NCBI GenBank assembly: GCA_021162285.1
Contig: JAGGYZ010000299.1
Location: forward strand, 1-45,528
DNA length: 45,528 nucleotides
Direction: 5' to 3'
Source of the DNA: Candidatus Fermentibacteraceae bacterium
Lineage (GTDB): Bacteria > Fermentibacterota > Fermentibacteria > Fermentibacterales > JCC-6
The position numbers and the translations under genes were made by a program. Shown one piece after another: positions 8,925 to 17,181 of this stretch. The notes beneath the pieces are model-generated. The model saw nothing but the letters and a program-made list of their open reading frames with translations. It had not been told where the DNA came from and made no database searches. How positions within the stretch are numbered: the first letter of the stretch is position 1; each line of letters opens with the position of its first letter.

Positions 8925-9818
8925 CTACCAGCCAATCCTGATAAGGGTTGCCCACTGTTCAAGAAACTTCGTGTCTCCTGGTGCAGGCTCCCCTCCCCAT
9001 CCGTTGAATGCTCCCTTTCTGTCCAGTCCTATCACCGGTATACCCAGTGCTCTGGCATGTATCCAGAGATCCCGGTCTGTTGTAGCCACAGCAGAAGCAC
9101 CGGCAACCATGGCAGCCAGCAGACCGACACTTGTCTCTGGAGGAATAGCAGTGCTCTTACCGTCGACGAGGACGATCTTGAGTGGAACTTCCGCCCTCTT
9201 TCTCTCCAGTACATTTGCCGCTGCTTCAGTGGCCAGAATATAGGGCAGAGTACGGTGAGACACAGGAGACAGAACTGATGAAGCCTTCTCTGCAAGGATG
9301 CCGGGCACCGTGGGTTTCCAGACTGTATCTGTTTCCATTTTTAGAACTTTCATTAAATCATAGATGCCACCGGGAAAGACAACATCAGAACTTGTTTTAA
9401 CTCTGATGTTCACTGCAGGATGCTTTTGTGTGGAAACACAGGCAAGAGGGGACGCCTTCTCCACAAAACGAAGCAGATCGTCTCCCGGCTGGGGAGAAAA
9501 CATAAGAACACCTTCAGGAACAGCTGGATCAACGAACCCGGGATCGTTTGTGTATATGTGCATCTGCGGTGTTACCGGTAGAAATCCGGCAAGCTCAGCC
9601 ACGCTGCTGTGAGCTACAAAATGAACCGGAACGCCGGAGTACACATTCTGAAGTGCCCTGGCCATGTACACAGCCGACCATGCTGAGGAGATATCTGAAG
9701 AAGAGAATACTCCAACTGCTTCAGGTTCCAGAACATCAGACGGGAACTTGAAATCACTCCAGTTTGAAGAAACTCTGGTGACTCTTCGTTTACCAAAGAG
9801 ATTTCTTATGAATTTCAC
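8925..9818 (-). CDS. Hypothetical protein, possibly a degenerate GT9-like (GT-B fold) protein
   Basis: 297 aa. The C-terminal segment VGLLAAMVAGASAVATTDRDLWIHARALGIPVIGL parallels the GT9 pattern (...DSGPMHLAAALGxPxVxLFG). The N-terminal half loosely parallels the GT9 N-domain. Canonical residues are not evident. GTGA overlap with the upstream gene. Confidence 0.3.
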   Translation of the reverse strand: MKFIRNLFGKRRVTRVSSNWSDFKFPSDVLEPEAVGVFSSSDISSAWSAVYMARALQNVYSGVPVHFVAHSSVAELAGFLPVTPQMHIYTNDPGFVDPAVPEGVLMFSPQPGDDLLRFVEKASPLACVSTQKHPAVNIRVKTSSDVVFPGGIYDLMKVLKMETDTVWKPTVPGILAEKASSVLSPVSHRTLPYILATEAAANVLERKRAEVPLKIVLVDGKSTAIPPETSVGLLAAMVAGASAVATTDRDLWIHARALGIPVIGLDRKGAFNGWGGEPAPGDTKFLEQWATLIRIGW

Positions 9819-10483
9819 TGCTCAAATCCTTCCATAATACTCCGGGCTAGAGAAACTGCTGCGGGGTTTCCTGTATCTACAGAACTCAAAACTCTTGAAG
9901 ACTCTCCAAACTGTCCGGACACCTGAAGACACAGTCCGTACATAACTTCGCCCATGGCATCGCCAGGGTAACGAACTCTTATCAGGCGGGACAATTGAAG
10001 AGCGTCGGAGAACCTGCCTGCTTCCAGATAAGCGGAACACAGGTCTATACCGCTCCAGAAAGCCTTTCTGGCTGTAGAAGCTTCAGCAATTGACATTGTA
10101 AGCTCCTGTATCGCTATCCCGCTGTTTTCCGAGAACAATGCAGACAATCCACGAGCCCTGTGAAGAAGCCACGGATCAGATGGGTTCATCTGCTTCAGTT
10201 GTTCAGCAGCCAGCACCGGGAGTCCGGAAGTCCACGCAATCCTTGCCATCCAGAACTGCTGAAGATCAGAGTCGTGGCAGATGTTCTCAAGCTCGCTTGC
10301 AAGCAGAAAAGCTCTTCTGCCATCTCCGGCATAGATTGCTTCCTCTACAAGCCTTCCCATCACCCTGATCTGCCCGGACAGACTGCCCTCTTCCTCCCAG
10401 GCAGCACCTGCCTCCGGCAGCTTTCCAGCCAGCTCCAGGTCAAGTGGAGAGAAACACACAACAAAAAGCAGAACAGCAGTCAT
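9815..10483 (-). CDS. Hypothetical protein, helical-repeat (TPR-like) with N-terminal hydrophobic segment
   Basis: 222 aa, Ala/Leu-rich with repeated helical hairpin-like segments (for example AYLEAGRFSDALQLSRLIRVRYPGD). No family recognised. 4-nt overlaps at both ends. Confidence 0.4.
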   Translation of the reverse strand: MTAVLLFVVCFSPLDLELAGKLPEAGAAWEEEGSLSGQIRVMGRLVEEAIYAGDGRRAFLLASELENICHDSDLQQFWMARIAWTSGLPVLAAEQLKQMNPSDPWLLHRARGLSALFSENSGIAIQELTMSIAEASTARKAFWSGIDLCSAYLEAGRFSDALQLSRLIRVRYPGDAMGEVMYGLCLQVSGQFGESSRVLSSVDTGNPAAVSLARSIMEGFEQ

Positions 10484-11109
10484 TGCAGATACCTCTGTAT
10501 CAATCTTCTGCTGAATCTGAAATAACTCACAACACCCAGTACTACAGCAATCGGGGTAAGTATCTGTGCAGCCTGAGTCAGCTTCATGAAAATGCTCTTT
10601 TCAGGGTAAGCAAGCCCGCCGGCAGCGGTAAGAACCAGGACATAACTGAGAATGATTGTCAGCCTTTCACTTGTGGTGATGGCTACAACAGGTATTTTTA
10701 TACTCCAGGAGACAACCAGCAGACCCAGAACCACAGCTATGTGGTACCACGCAGGAATAAGGGCAAGAAGACCGTTTACCGCACCAAGCCGGGCAAGGAA
10801 GATCAGCATTACAGAGAGAAACAGTTTGTCTGCCAGAATATCAAGTGTTTTACCAGGGGTACTGGATTTTTTCAGCTTTCTTGCCAGCCAGCCGTCAACG
10901 TAGTCGCTTGCGGCAGCAACAAGGCACAGCAGAAACATTGTGATATAGTGATGATACCAGCCTGCCCAGACGCTGAAGGGAAGAATTACAATCCTGACCC
11001 ATGAAACCATAGCCGGAGCAACAGGAAGCTGTTCCTGTGTTTTCTTTATCATTTCTATGGTTTGAGAGAACTGTTCACGGTGTCTCTGCTGAGCTTCGCT
11101 GATTTTCAC
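10480..11109 (-). CDS. CDP-alcohol phosphatidyltransferase family protein
   Basis: 209 aa, multi-pass membrane protein. It contains the family motif D-x2-D-G-x2-A-R-x8-G-x3-D-x3-D (DYVDGWLARKLKKSSTPGKTLDILADKL). GTG start inside a GTGA overlap. A shorter start (MVSWVRIV...) is possible. Confidence 0.8.
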   Translation of the reverse strand: MKISEAQQRHREQFSQTIEMIKKTQEQLPVAPAMVSWVRIVILPFSVWAGWYHHYITMFLLCLVAAASDYVDGWLARKLKKSSTPGKTLDILADKLFLSVMLIFLARLGAVNGLLALIPAWYHIAVVLGLLVVSWSIKIPVVAITTSERLTIILSYVLVLTAAGGLAYPEKSIFMKLTQAAQILTPIAVVLGVVSYFRFSRRLIQRYLQ

Positions 11110-11705
11110 GGAGAACCTCCGCCGGAACGGTGAAAAATATCCTCAATCTCAGCAACGGTGATGCACTCTGCTGATGCATCAACACCCGGGAAATAGATGG
11201 AAAGCACCTTTATATCAAGAGGAGAAACAAATTCGTTGCCGTGAAACATACCGTCTATCCTGGTTCTCATCCATCCCAGAGAACACACGGCTCCACACTG
11301 ATCACCGTGCATTTTCCCTTCCATGTCCGGCGGGATGACAGGGTTCAGCGCCATTTCTCTGTAGAGTTCATACCGGCCGAACCATGAAAGTGCATCAAGA
11401 AGATCACTGCGGGTTGCCGGTATTTCAGTTCCGTGAAGATTCCAGCAGGTTTCTGCCAGTTCCATCTCCCCCTGCAAAACAAGAGAAGCGACAAGCGGAA
11501 CAACCATGGAAGCATCTCCCCCTTCGATTCCATCTGTGATGTCTGTAAACGAAATATCAGAAATGATAACCGTGTTGGCGCTTGTATACAGATAGGAAGT
11601 TACATCCAGAGGAATGCTCCCAGTCTCACCCCCGGCACGCAGAAGCCATGAATCTCCCCCGGAGAACTGGGAACCTGAAACAAGCAACGCCAGAATAAAT
11701 ATCAT
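11106..11705 (-). CDS. Secreted hypothetical protein
   Basis: The ORF track extends to 11774, but that extension runs through the tRNA gene. ATG 11703-11705 gives MIFILALLVSGSQFSGG..., a plausible signal peptide. No family recognised. Confidence 0.45.
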   Translation of the reverse strand: MIFILALLVSGSQFSGGDSWLLRAGGETGSIPLDVTSYLYTSANTVIISDISFTDITDGIEGGDASMVVPLVASLVLQGEMELAETCWNLHGTEIPATRSDLLDALSWFGRYELYREMALNPVIPPDMEGKMHGDQCGAVCSLGWMRTRIDGMFHGNEFVSPLDIKVLSIYFPGVDASAECITVAEIEDIFHRSGGGSP

Positions 11706-11721
11706 GACTGAAAAGAAAATC

Positions 11722-11797
11722 TGGAGCGGGCAACGGGTTTCGAACCCGCGACATTCAGCATGGGAGGCTGACACTCTGCCAACTGAGTTATGCCCGC
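11722..11797 (-). tRNA. tRNA-Gly (anticodon CCC), CCA encoded
   Basis: Folded by hand from the reverse complement: GCGGGCA TA ACTC AGTTGGCA GAGT G TCAGC CTCCCAT GCTGA ATGTC GCGGG TTCGAAA CCCGT TGCCCGC T CCA. It has a 7-bp acceptor stem, 4-bp D stem, 5-bp anticodon stem, a loop with U33-CCC-A37, a 5-bp T stem (one G-U pair) with a TTCGAAA loop, and discriminator U. 76 nt. Confidence 0.95.
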
Positions 11798-11802
11798 TCT
11801 GT

Positions 11803-12606
11803 TCAAGATATTGTCTCCGCTCTGTAAATTATACCGGCTTCGCCCTGAAGCCACCAGCCGCTTTCGTCTTTTCCCACGGTAAGAAAAAGCCCGCTCTTCA
11901 CCGCTATTCTAACAGGTAGAGTTACAGAATCAAATCTTTCGGAGGCCACAAGAGCGCATGCTACAGCACCGGTTCCGCAGGCTAGAGTTTCACCCTCCAC
12001 ACCTCTCTCAAAGGTTCTGATCGACATCGATCCATCCTGCTGAACCTTTACCCAGTTTACATTCACACCTTCCGGTCCGAATTCATCATGCGATCTTATT
12101 ACATGAGCATATTCTTCAAAAGTCCCGTCTTTAATATTTTCACTGAAAACAACTGCATGGGGCACGCCGGTGTCTGCAAAGCCTGCACCGATAACAATAC
12201 CCTCTGCAACATCAATTGCCTTCTCCAGGTAATGAAGAATCGGCTCAGTCATCCAGATTCTTGCTTCTCTGTTTCCGGTAACGCTGCCTTTGTGGACTCC
12301 AGCATCACTTACAAAAGTGAATTCAACTCCTGTTTCTACCATTCCCAGCTCTGCTGCAAACCGGCAGATGCACCTTGCTCCGTTGCCGCACATGCTCGCG
12401 GCTCTGCCGTCTGAATTGTAGTACTTCATGGCGAAGGCGTGAACAGAATCATCTGTTATCTCTATAAGCCCGTCTGCCCCGACAGAAAGACCTCTCCTGC
12501 AGAGTTCTGAAATTTTTTCACGGTTCAGTAATCGGGAAAGACTGCCGTCGCGGTTATCAACCATAATGAAATCGTTCCCGGCACCGCTCATTTTTGTAAA
12601 TTTCAT
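11803..12606 (-). CDS. dapF: Diaminopimelate epimerase
   Basis: 267 aa. MKFTKMSGAGNDFIMVDNRDG N-terminus. Both catalytic Cys contexts are present (SMCGNGARC and LACGTGAVA). Confidence 0.9.
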   Translation of the reverse strand: MKFTKMSGAGNDFIMVDNRDGSLSRLLNREKISELCRRGLSVGADGLIEITDDSVHAFAMKYYNSDGRAASMCGNGARCICRFAAELGMVETGVEFTFVSDAGVHKGSVTGNREARIWMTEPILHYLEKAIDVAEGIVIGAGFADTGVPHAVVFSENIKDGTFEEYAHVIRSHDEFGPEGVNVNWVKVQQDGSMSIRTFERGVEGETLACGTGAVACALVASERFDSVTLPVRIAVKSGLFLTVGKDESGWWLQGEAGIIYRAETIS

Positions 12607-14738
12607 AGGTTTTGTGTTCCCATTCTTTCAATGATTTCCATGTGATATTCTGCTTTGTCGAAAAGGTTGTTGTTCCGAAGCAGCCTCACCAGATCGAAAC
12701 GAAGCTGCGGATCCGGTCCCCAGCAGTCCAGGTATGCAACAAAATCCTCCTCCAGCTCGTCGATAGAGTAGTCTCCCGCCAGATGAGCCTGAAGAAGTTC
12801 CTGCAGAAGACCTACTGCAGCATCTGCGGGTACCTCATCAGGTGATCCCGATAAAAGCAGCAGAGCTGCCGAAATCTTCTGGAAGTCACCTGTTTCCATG
12901 CCCTGGTCTGCCAGGTAAATGGCCGTTTCAACAGGCGAGTTCACAACTGCACCTGCAATTTCCCTGTCATCCAGGAAAGGTGCGTAACGAACTTCCCAGA
13001 GTGGTTGACGGGGTAATCCTTCAATGCTTCCGTTAAGACTGTATACCCTTATGGAAGGTCCCTGCCAGACGATTCCAAGGCTTTCAAGAGACTGAGGATA
13101 GTAGTGAAGCCTTACTGCAAGACAACCATCGGGAATCTCTGTGAGACCTGCCAGATAGACAAGACCCTGTGGAGACCTGTCAAAAACAAAGTCGGCCTGG
13201 TAGATAAGATATTCGGCACCCTTGTCCTCCATGAAGGCTACCATTTCCTGTTCGGTTCCAAAGATTTTCCCGGCAAATTCAATGATAGTTTCCCGGTTTT
13301 CTGTGTTTTCAAAAAAGGTGTGCGTAACCACCGGCATATCTGCATAAGCTGAAAGCAGACCTGAAATGTGCCAGAAGGAAAGCACTGTTCCCCGGTTGTC
13401 TTCCGCCCACCCGATGAGCCCTGTGAGTTCATCCTCTGCAAGAAGAGATGACGAGTCTTCAAAAGTCAACCCTGCATCTGACAGCAAACCTGCAATTTCC
13501 GGGGCGTACATTGTCTGCAGTCCAAATGCTGTAAGAACAACAGGAAGAGCCCACCTGCGGTTTCTGCATACGGCCACCACCGGCGGAATAATCCCAATGG
13601 CCAGAACAACCAGGAGTCTGTCGAAAAACAGGTATCCGGCAACTGAAAGAGGTACAAGGAAATACATCAGCGACTGTCCGGTCTTCTCCCTGAACCGTTT
13701 CCACCCCAGAGCCGCTGCGAGAACTGCCACTCCGAACAGAAGCACCATCTGCCCTGACGACGGAGAAGTGTAACCGCTTACCCAGAAAAGACGAGCATCA
13801 CCTGAAAGTAAAGCAGGGTTTTCGGGGTGACTGAACATGAATTTGAGTTTTGCCGCTATCACCGAGGCCACATGACCGCCTGAAGAAGATCTGAAAAAGA
13901 AACCGGAGGCTAAAGAAACAGCCAGACCTGTCCAGGGAACAATTCTGCTTCGGTACACCGATGAAACCACAGCAGCAACAGCCATCAGAACAGCAGGAGA
14001 ATAAATGGCTCCATCGTGACGCATATGGCTTAGAACAACAGAAGCAAGCAACTGACTTACAGCAAGAGGCAGGACTGTTTTAAGCCCCGGCCTTCTGAAG
14101 GTCATCCACACAAAAACAAAGAATGACAAATACCCTGTAACCTTCCATGATGCCAGAGCCAGAAACAGCACCAGTGCCGCTGTAACAGAGTATTTCAGTG
14201 TTTGTTTCTTCCTGCTGCTCATATCTATGAGAGCAAATGTAAGTACAATCAGAGGAAGGGCCACAGTTTCACGATAGAAACTTTCCCCCCGAGCCCTGAG
14301 AAGTGCCGGGAGAAATACGGCGTAGAGTGCTGCACCGGAGAAAGATTCCTGGAAGGAAAAATTTGAATTTAGCATCCAGTAGAAAATTACAGGAACAACC
14401 AGAAGAGGAAACAGGAGACAAAACACATGGAGGAAGCCGTCAAGGTCACCGCCTGTTACGCTGTGAATTCCACCTGCAATGTACTCTTCAAAGATAGAAT
14501 TCTCGGCCGTTATCAAACCCTGTGGACGCATAACCAGCGTATCAACAGCAGGAATACCGCTGCCGTTTGAAACCATCCTCGTATACCTGTAAGCCTGGGT
14601 TGTCTCCCCCTGCATTCTGGGTGGAGGAGGCATAACTGATGTGGCAAAAACACTCCGGAAAACAAAACCGCCCGCTACCAGGAACAGCAGAAGCAGAGCT
14701 GTACGGAGTTTTGACCTGCTGTCAGCCTGTGCGTGCAT
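12603..14738 (-). CDS. Polytopic GT-C-like membrane protein with C-terminal soluble domain; divergent STT3/AglB/PglB-like (tentative)
   Basis: The ORF track starts at 14804. ATG 14736-14738 (MHAQADSR...) reduces the overlap with the upstream GTPase gene to 17 nt. There are about 11-13 hydrophobic helices followed by a soluble region of about 290 aa. The segment LIGWAEDNRGTVLSFWHISGLLSAYADMPVVTHTFFEN...AEYLIY sits just after the last helix. It parallels the STT3 pattern (W..en.....vlsWWDYGy.i.......t.aDn.....Yv.v), but WWDYG is replaced by SFWHIS. Confidence 0.45.
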   Translation of the reverse strand: MHAQADSRSKLRTALLLLFLVAGGFVFRSVFATSVMPPPPRMQGETTQAYRYTRMVSNGSGIPAVDTLVMRPQGLITAENSIFEEYIAGGIHSVTGGDLDGFLHVFCLLFPLLVVPVIFYWMLNSNFSFQESFSGAALYAVFLPALLRARGESFYRETVALPLIVLTFALIDMSSRKKQTLKYSVTAALVLFLALASWKVTGYLSFFVFVWMTFRRPGLKTVLPLAVSQLLASVVLSHMRHDGAIYSPAVLMAVAAVVSSVYRSRIVPWTGLAVSLASGFFFRSSSGGHVASVIAAKLKFMFSHPENPALLSGDARLFWVSGYTSPSSGQMVLLFGVAVLAAALGWKRFREKTGQSLMYFLVPLSVAGYLFFDRLLVVLAIGIIPPVVAVCRNRRWALPVVLTAFGLQTMYAPEIAGLLSDAGLTFEDSSSLLAEDELTGLIGWAEDNRGTVLSFWHISGLLSAYADMPVVTHTFFENTENRETIIEFAGKIFGTEQEMVAFMEDKGAEYLIYQADFVFDRSPQGLVYLAGLTEIPDGCLAVRLHYYPQSLESLGIVWQGPSIRVYSLNGSIEGLPRQPLWEVRYAPFLDDREIAGAVVNSPVETAIYLADQGMETGDFQKISAALLLLSGSPDEVPADAAVGLLQELLQAHLAGDYSIDELEEDFVAYLDCWGPDPQLRFDLVRLLRNNNLFDKAEYHMEIIERMGTQNL

Positions 14739-15300
14739 GGCGCTTGGCCATCTGGGTAGCAATAATTTTAAGAGTTTCCGCAGGACCGCTACCGCCGATG
14801 GCAACTGACTCCACAGTAGGCCACTGGAACCTGTTCAGTTCTTCATTCATTCTAGCGGTAGACATAATTCCGGGAAGATCGCGTTTGTTGAACTGCAGAA
14901 CCATGGGAATCATGGACATGTCCAGGCCGTAGCTTTTCAGGTTGTGTTCCAGATCATCTATGGTACTGATGTTTGCCTCCGCCCTTTCCTTCTGACTGTC
15001 AGCAACGAAAACAACTCCGTCTATGCCGTCAAGAATTACCCTTCTGCTGAGTGCATAATACGCCTGACCGGGCACAGAATACAGGTGGAGTTTGATTTTC
15101 ATGTCTCCGATTCTGGCGAAATTCACAGGAAGAAAGTCGAAAAACACTGTTCTTTCGCACCTCGTACAGAGAGTTACAAGTCTTCCTCTGTTTTCCGGGG
15201 CAATGATGTCGCGTATCCCCCTGAGATTGGTTGTCTTTCCGGAAAGCCCGGGACCGTAGTAGACTATTTTGTATGCAACCTCATCACCTGACCTGTGCAT
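14722..15300 (-). CDS. MglA-family Ras-like small GTPase, paralog 1
   Basis: The ORF track starts at 15369, inside hslU. I prefer ATG 15298-15300, preceded by AGGGGGAGGG. Signatures: P-loop YYGPGLSGKTTNL, ERTVFFDFLP, LYSVPGQ (MglA-type G3 instead of DTAGQ), FNKRDL. Confidence 0.8.
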   Translation of the reverse strand: MHRSGDEVAYKIVYYGPGLSGKTTNLRGIRDIIAPENRGRLVTLCTRCERTVFFDFLPVNFARIGDMKIKLHLYSVPGQAYYALSRRVILDGIDGVVFVADSQKERAEANISTIDDLEHNLKSYGLDMSMIPMVLQFNKRDLPGIMSTARMNEELNRFQWPTVESVAIGGSGPAETLKIIATQMAKRHARTG

Positions 15301-15334
15301 CCCTCCCCCTATTCGTAAAAAACCTATAATAATC

Positions 15335-16636
15335 CTAGAGAATATAACCCTCTTCGTCTTTTCTTTCAACCAGCACCGCCAGCCTGCTCTGCGCCTTCTT
15401 TCCAGTAAGCCTTACCCTGCCCTTGATTAGATCCGGCGCACCAAAAAGATACTCGTCGAACAGAAATGAAAGAACAGAGCGGAGCCTCCTGGCACCAATG
15501 TCCTCCTTTTCCTCATTCAGATACCTGGCTGTTGCAGCTATTTTTTTCTTTGCCTGCTCTTCCACCACAAGTTTCAAACCGTCTGCTTCCAGAAGCCTTG
15601 TGTACTGTTCAAGAATACAGCCCTCAGGTTCTGTAAGAATACGAAAAAGGTCTTCTTCCGAGAGCGGGTCAAGTGAAACCCGCAGTGGAAACCTTCCCTG
15701 AAGCTCGGGAATCAGGTCTGCAGGGCTGCTTCCGTGAAAAGCTCCAGCTGCGATAAACAGTATGTGATCTGTTTTCACAGGACCGTACCTGGTTGAAACC
15801 GTACACCCCTCAACCAGAGGAAGAAGGTCTCTCTGAACTCCCATCCTCGACACATCAGGGCCGCTCCCTCCTTCAGAGCCTATTATTTTGTCTATCTCAT
15901 CAACAAAAACAATACCCTCTTCCTGTGCCAGACGAAGACCTTCCTGAATGTGATTTCCACCGTCAAGAATTCTGGCAATTTCTTCATCGAACAGTTTGTT
16001 TCTCGCGTCGGCCACTCTGAGTGTGATCTTCTTCCTGCGCTTCCCAATAACTTTGTCCAGCATGGTTTTCATCTGGTCGTTTATCTGATTGTCAAATCCC
16101 TGCCCGGGTATCATGGGAAACACTTCAACACCAATCGCCCTTTCCGTGATGGAAAGCTCTATCTCAACATCATCCAGTCTGCCATTTTTAAGAAGTTCCG
16201 CAAGTTCCCCGGCGGATCCGAACTCAATGCCGGTTCTCGAGAGAGCATCCAGTAGTTTCTTTTGAACCCTTGCCTCGGCCTCGGCCTTTTTCTCTTCCCG
16301 GGCCTTACCGGTGGCAAGATTCACTGCTGAACGCACAAGATCGCGGATTATTCCCTCAACATCCCTGCCTACATAACCCGTTTCCGTGTACTTTGTTGCC
16401 TCAACCTTTACAAAAGGTGCTCCCACAAGATTTGCCATCCTTCGGGCAATCTCTGTTTTACCCACCCCGGTGGGACCCATCATGATCAGGTTGCTGGGGT
16501 AGATCTCCGACTGCATGGGTTCTTCAACAAGCTTCCTTCTGTACCTGTTCCGCAGAGCAATGGCAACGGTTCTTTTAGCCTTGTCCTGGCCGATAACGAA
16601 CCTGTTAAGCCAGGCAACAGTTTCCGCAGGTGTCAT
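15335..16636 (-). CDS. hslU: ATP-dependent protease ATPase subunit HslU
   Basis: MTPAETVAWLNRFVIGQDKAKRTVAIALRNRYRR, Walker A GPTGVGKTEIARR, and IVFVDEIDKI. The start is taken at ATG 16634-16636, in an ATGA overlap with the hslV stop. ATG at 16654 is the alternative. Confidence 0.92.
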   Translation of the reverse strand: MTPAETVAWLNRFVIGQDKAKRTVAIALRNRYRRKLVEEPMQSEIYPSNLIMMGPTGVGKTEIARRMANLVGAPFVKVEATKYTETGYVGRDVEGIIRDLVRSAVNLATGKAREEKKAEAEARVQKKLLDALSRTGIEFGSAGELAELLKNGRLDDVEIELSITERAIGVEVFPMIPGQGFDNQINDQMKTMLDKVIGKRRKKITLRVADARNKLFDEEIARILDGGNHIQEGLRLAQEEGIVFVDEIDKIIGSEGGSGPDVSRMGVQRDLLPLVEGCTVSTRYGPVKTDHILFIAAGAFHGSSPADLIPELQGRFPLRVSLDPLSEEDLFRILTEPEGCILEQYTRLLEADGLKLVVEEQAKKKIAATARYLNEEKEDIGARRLRSVLSFLFDEYLFGAPDLIKGRVRLTGKKAQSRLAVLVERKDEEGYIL

Positions 16637-17181
16637 GGTTTTTTGAGTTCGCATATTTCCTCCGACATGATCTTGCCACCTGTATAAATACATATTTCGC
16701 TTGCTATTACAATAGCTTCTCTCGCTATTTTCAGAGGTCCCATTCTGGTATGCTTCATAAGAGACCTTGCCGCAGCAATTGCATAGGGAGATCCGGAACC
16801 CACCGAAACGATACCGTCAGGCGACTCGACTACCTCTCCAGAGCCTCCAATGACAAGGGCGTGATGGCTGTCCACTGCTGCGATCATGGCGTTGAGCTCC
16901 CGGAGGTACTTGTCTGCTCTCCACTCCCGTGCAAGCTCCATGGAAGCTCTCGGAAGATTACCGCGAAAGGCTTCAAGTTTCTCCTCCAGCCTTTCCACCA
17001 GTGCAAAAGCATCTGCACCGGCACCGGAAAAGCCAACGAGAACAGTTCCTCCGCTGAGTTTTCGCAGTTTTCTGGCACTCATCTTCATGATGGTATCACC
17101 AAGGGTAACCTGACCATCTGCCGCCATTGCAGCTTTTCCGTTTCTTACAATACCGATAACCGTGGTTGACTTAATGTTCAT
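16633..17181 (-). CDS. hslV: ATP-dependent protease subunit HslV
   Basis: The ORF track extends to 17406, into the upstream gene. ATG 17179-17181 (ATGA overlap with the upstream stop) gives a 182-aa protein, MNIKSTTVIGIVRNGKAAMAADGQVTLG..., with GSGSPYAIAAARSL. The conserved TT is preceded by a 5-residue extension. Confidence 0.9.
   Translation of the reverse strand: MNIKSTTVIGIVRNGKAAMAADGQVTLGDTIMKMSARKLRKLSGGTVLVGFSGAGADAFALVERLEEKLEAFRGNLPRASMELAREWRADKYLRELNAMIAAVDSHHALVIGGSGEVVESPDGIVSVGSGSPYAIAAARSLMKHTRMGPLKIAREAIVIASEICIYTGGKIMSEEICELKKP

Noticed and set aside
11706-11774. N-terminal extension of ORF 11106-11774 (MSASHAECRGFETRCPLQ...)
   Set aside because: The extension is a translation through the tRNA-Gly gene (the GFETR peptide comes from the T-arm GGTTCGAAAC). 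The real start is reassigned to ATG 11705.
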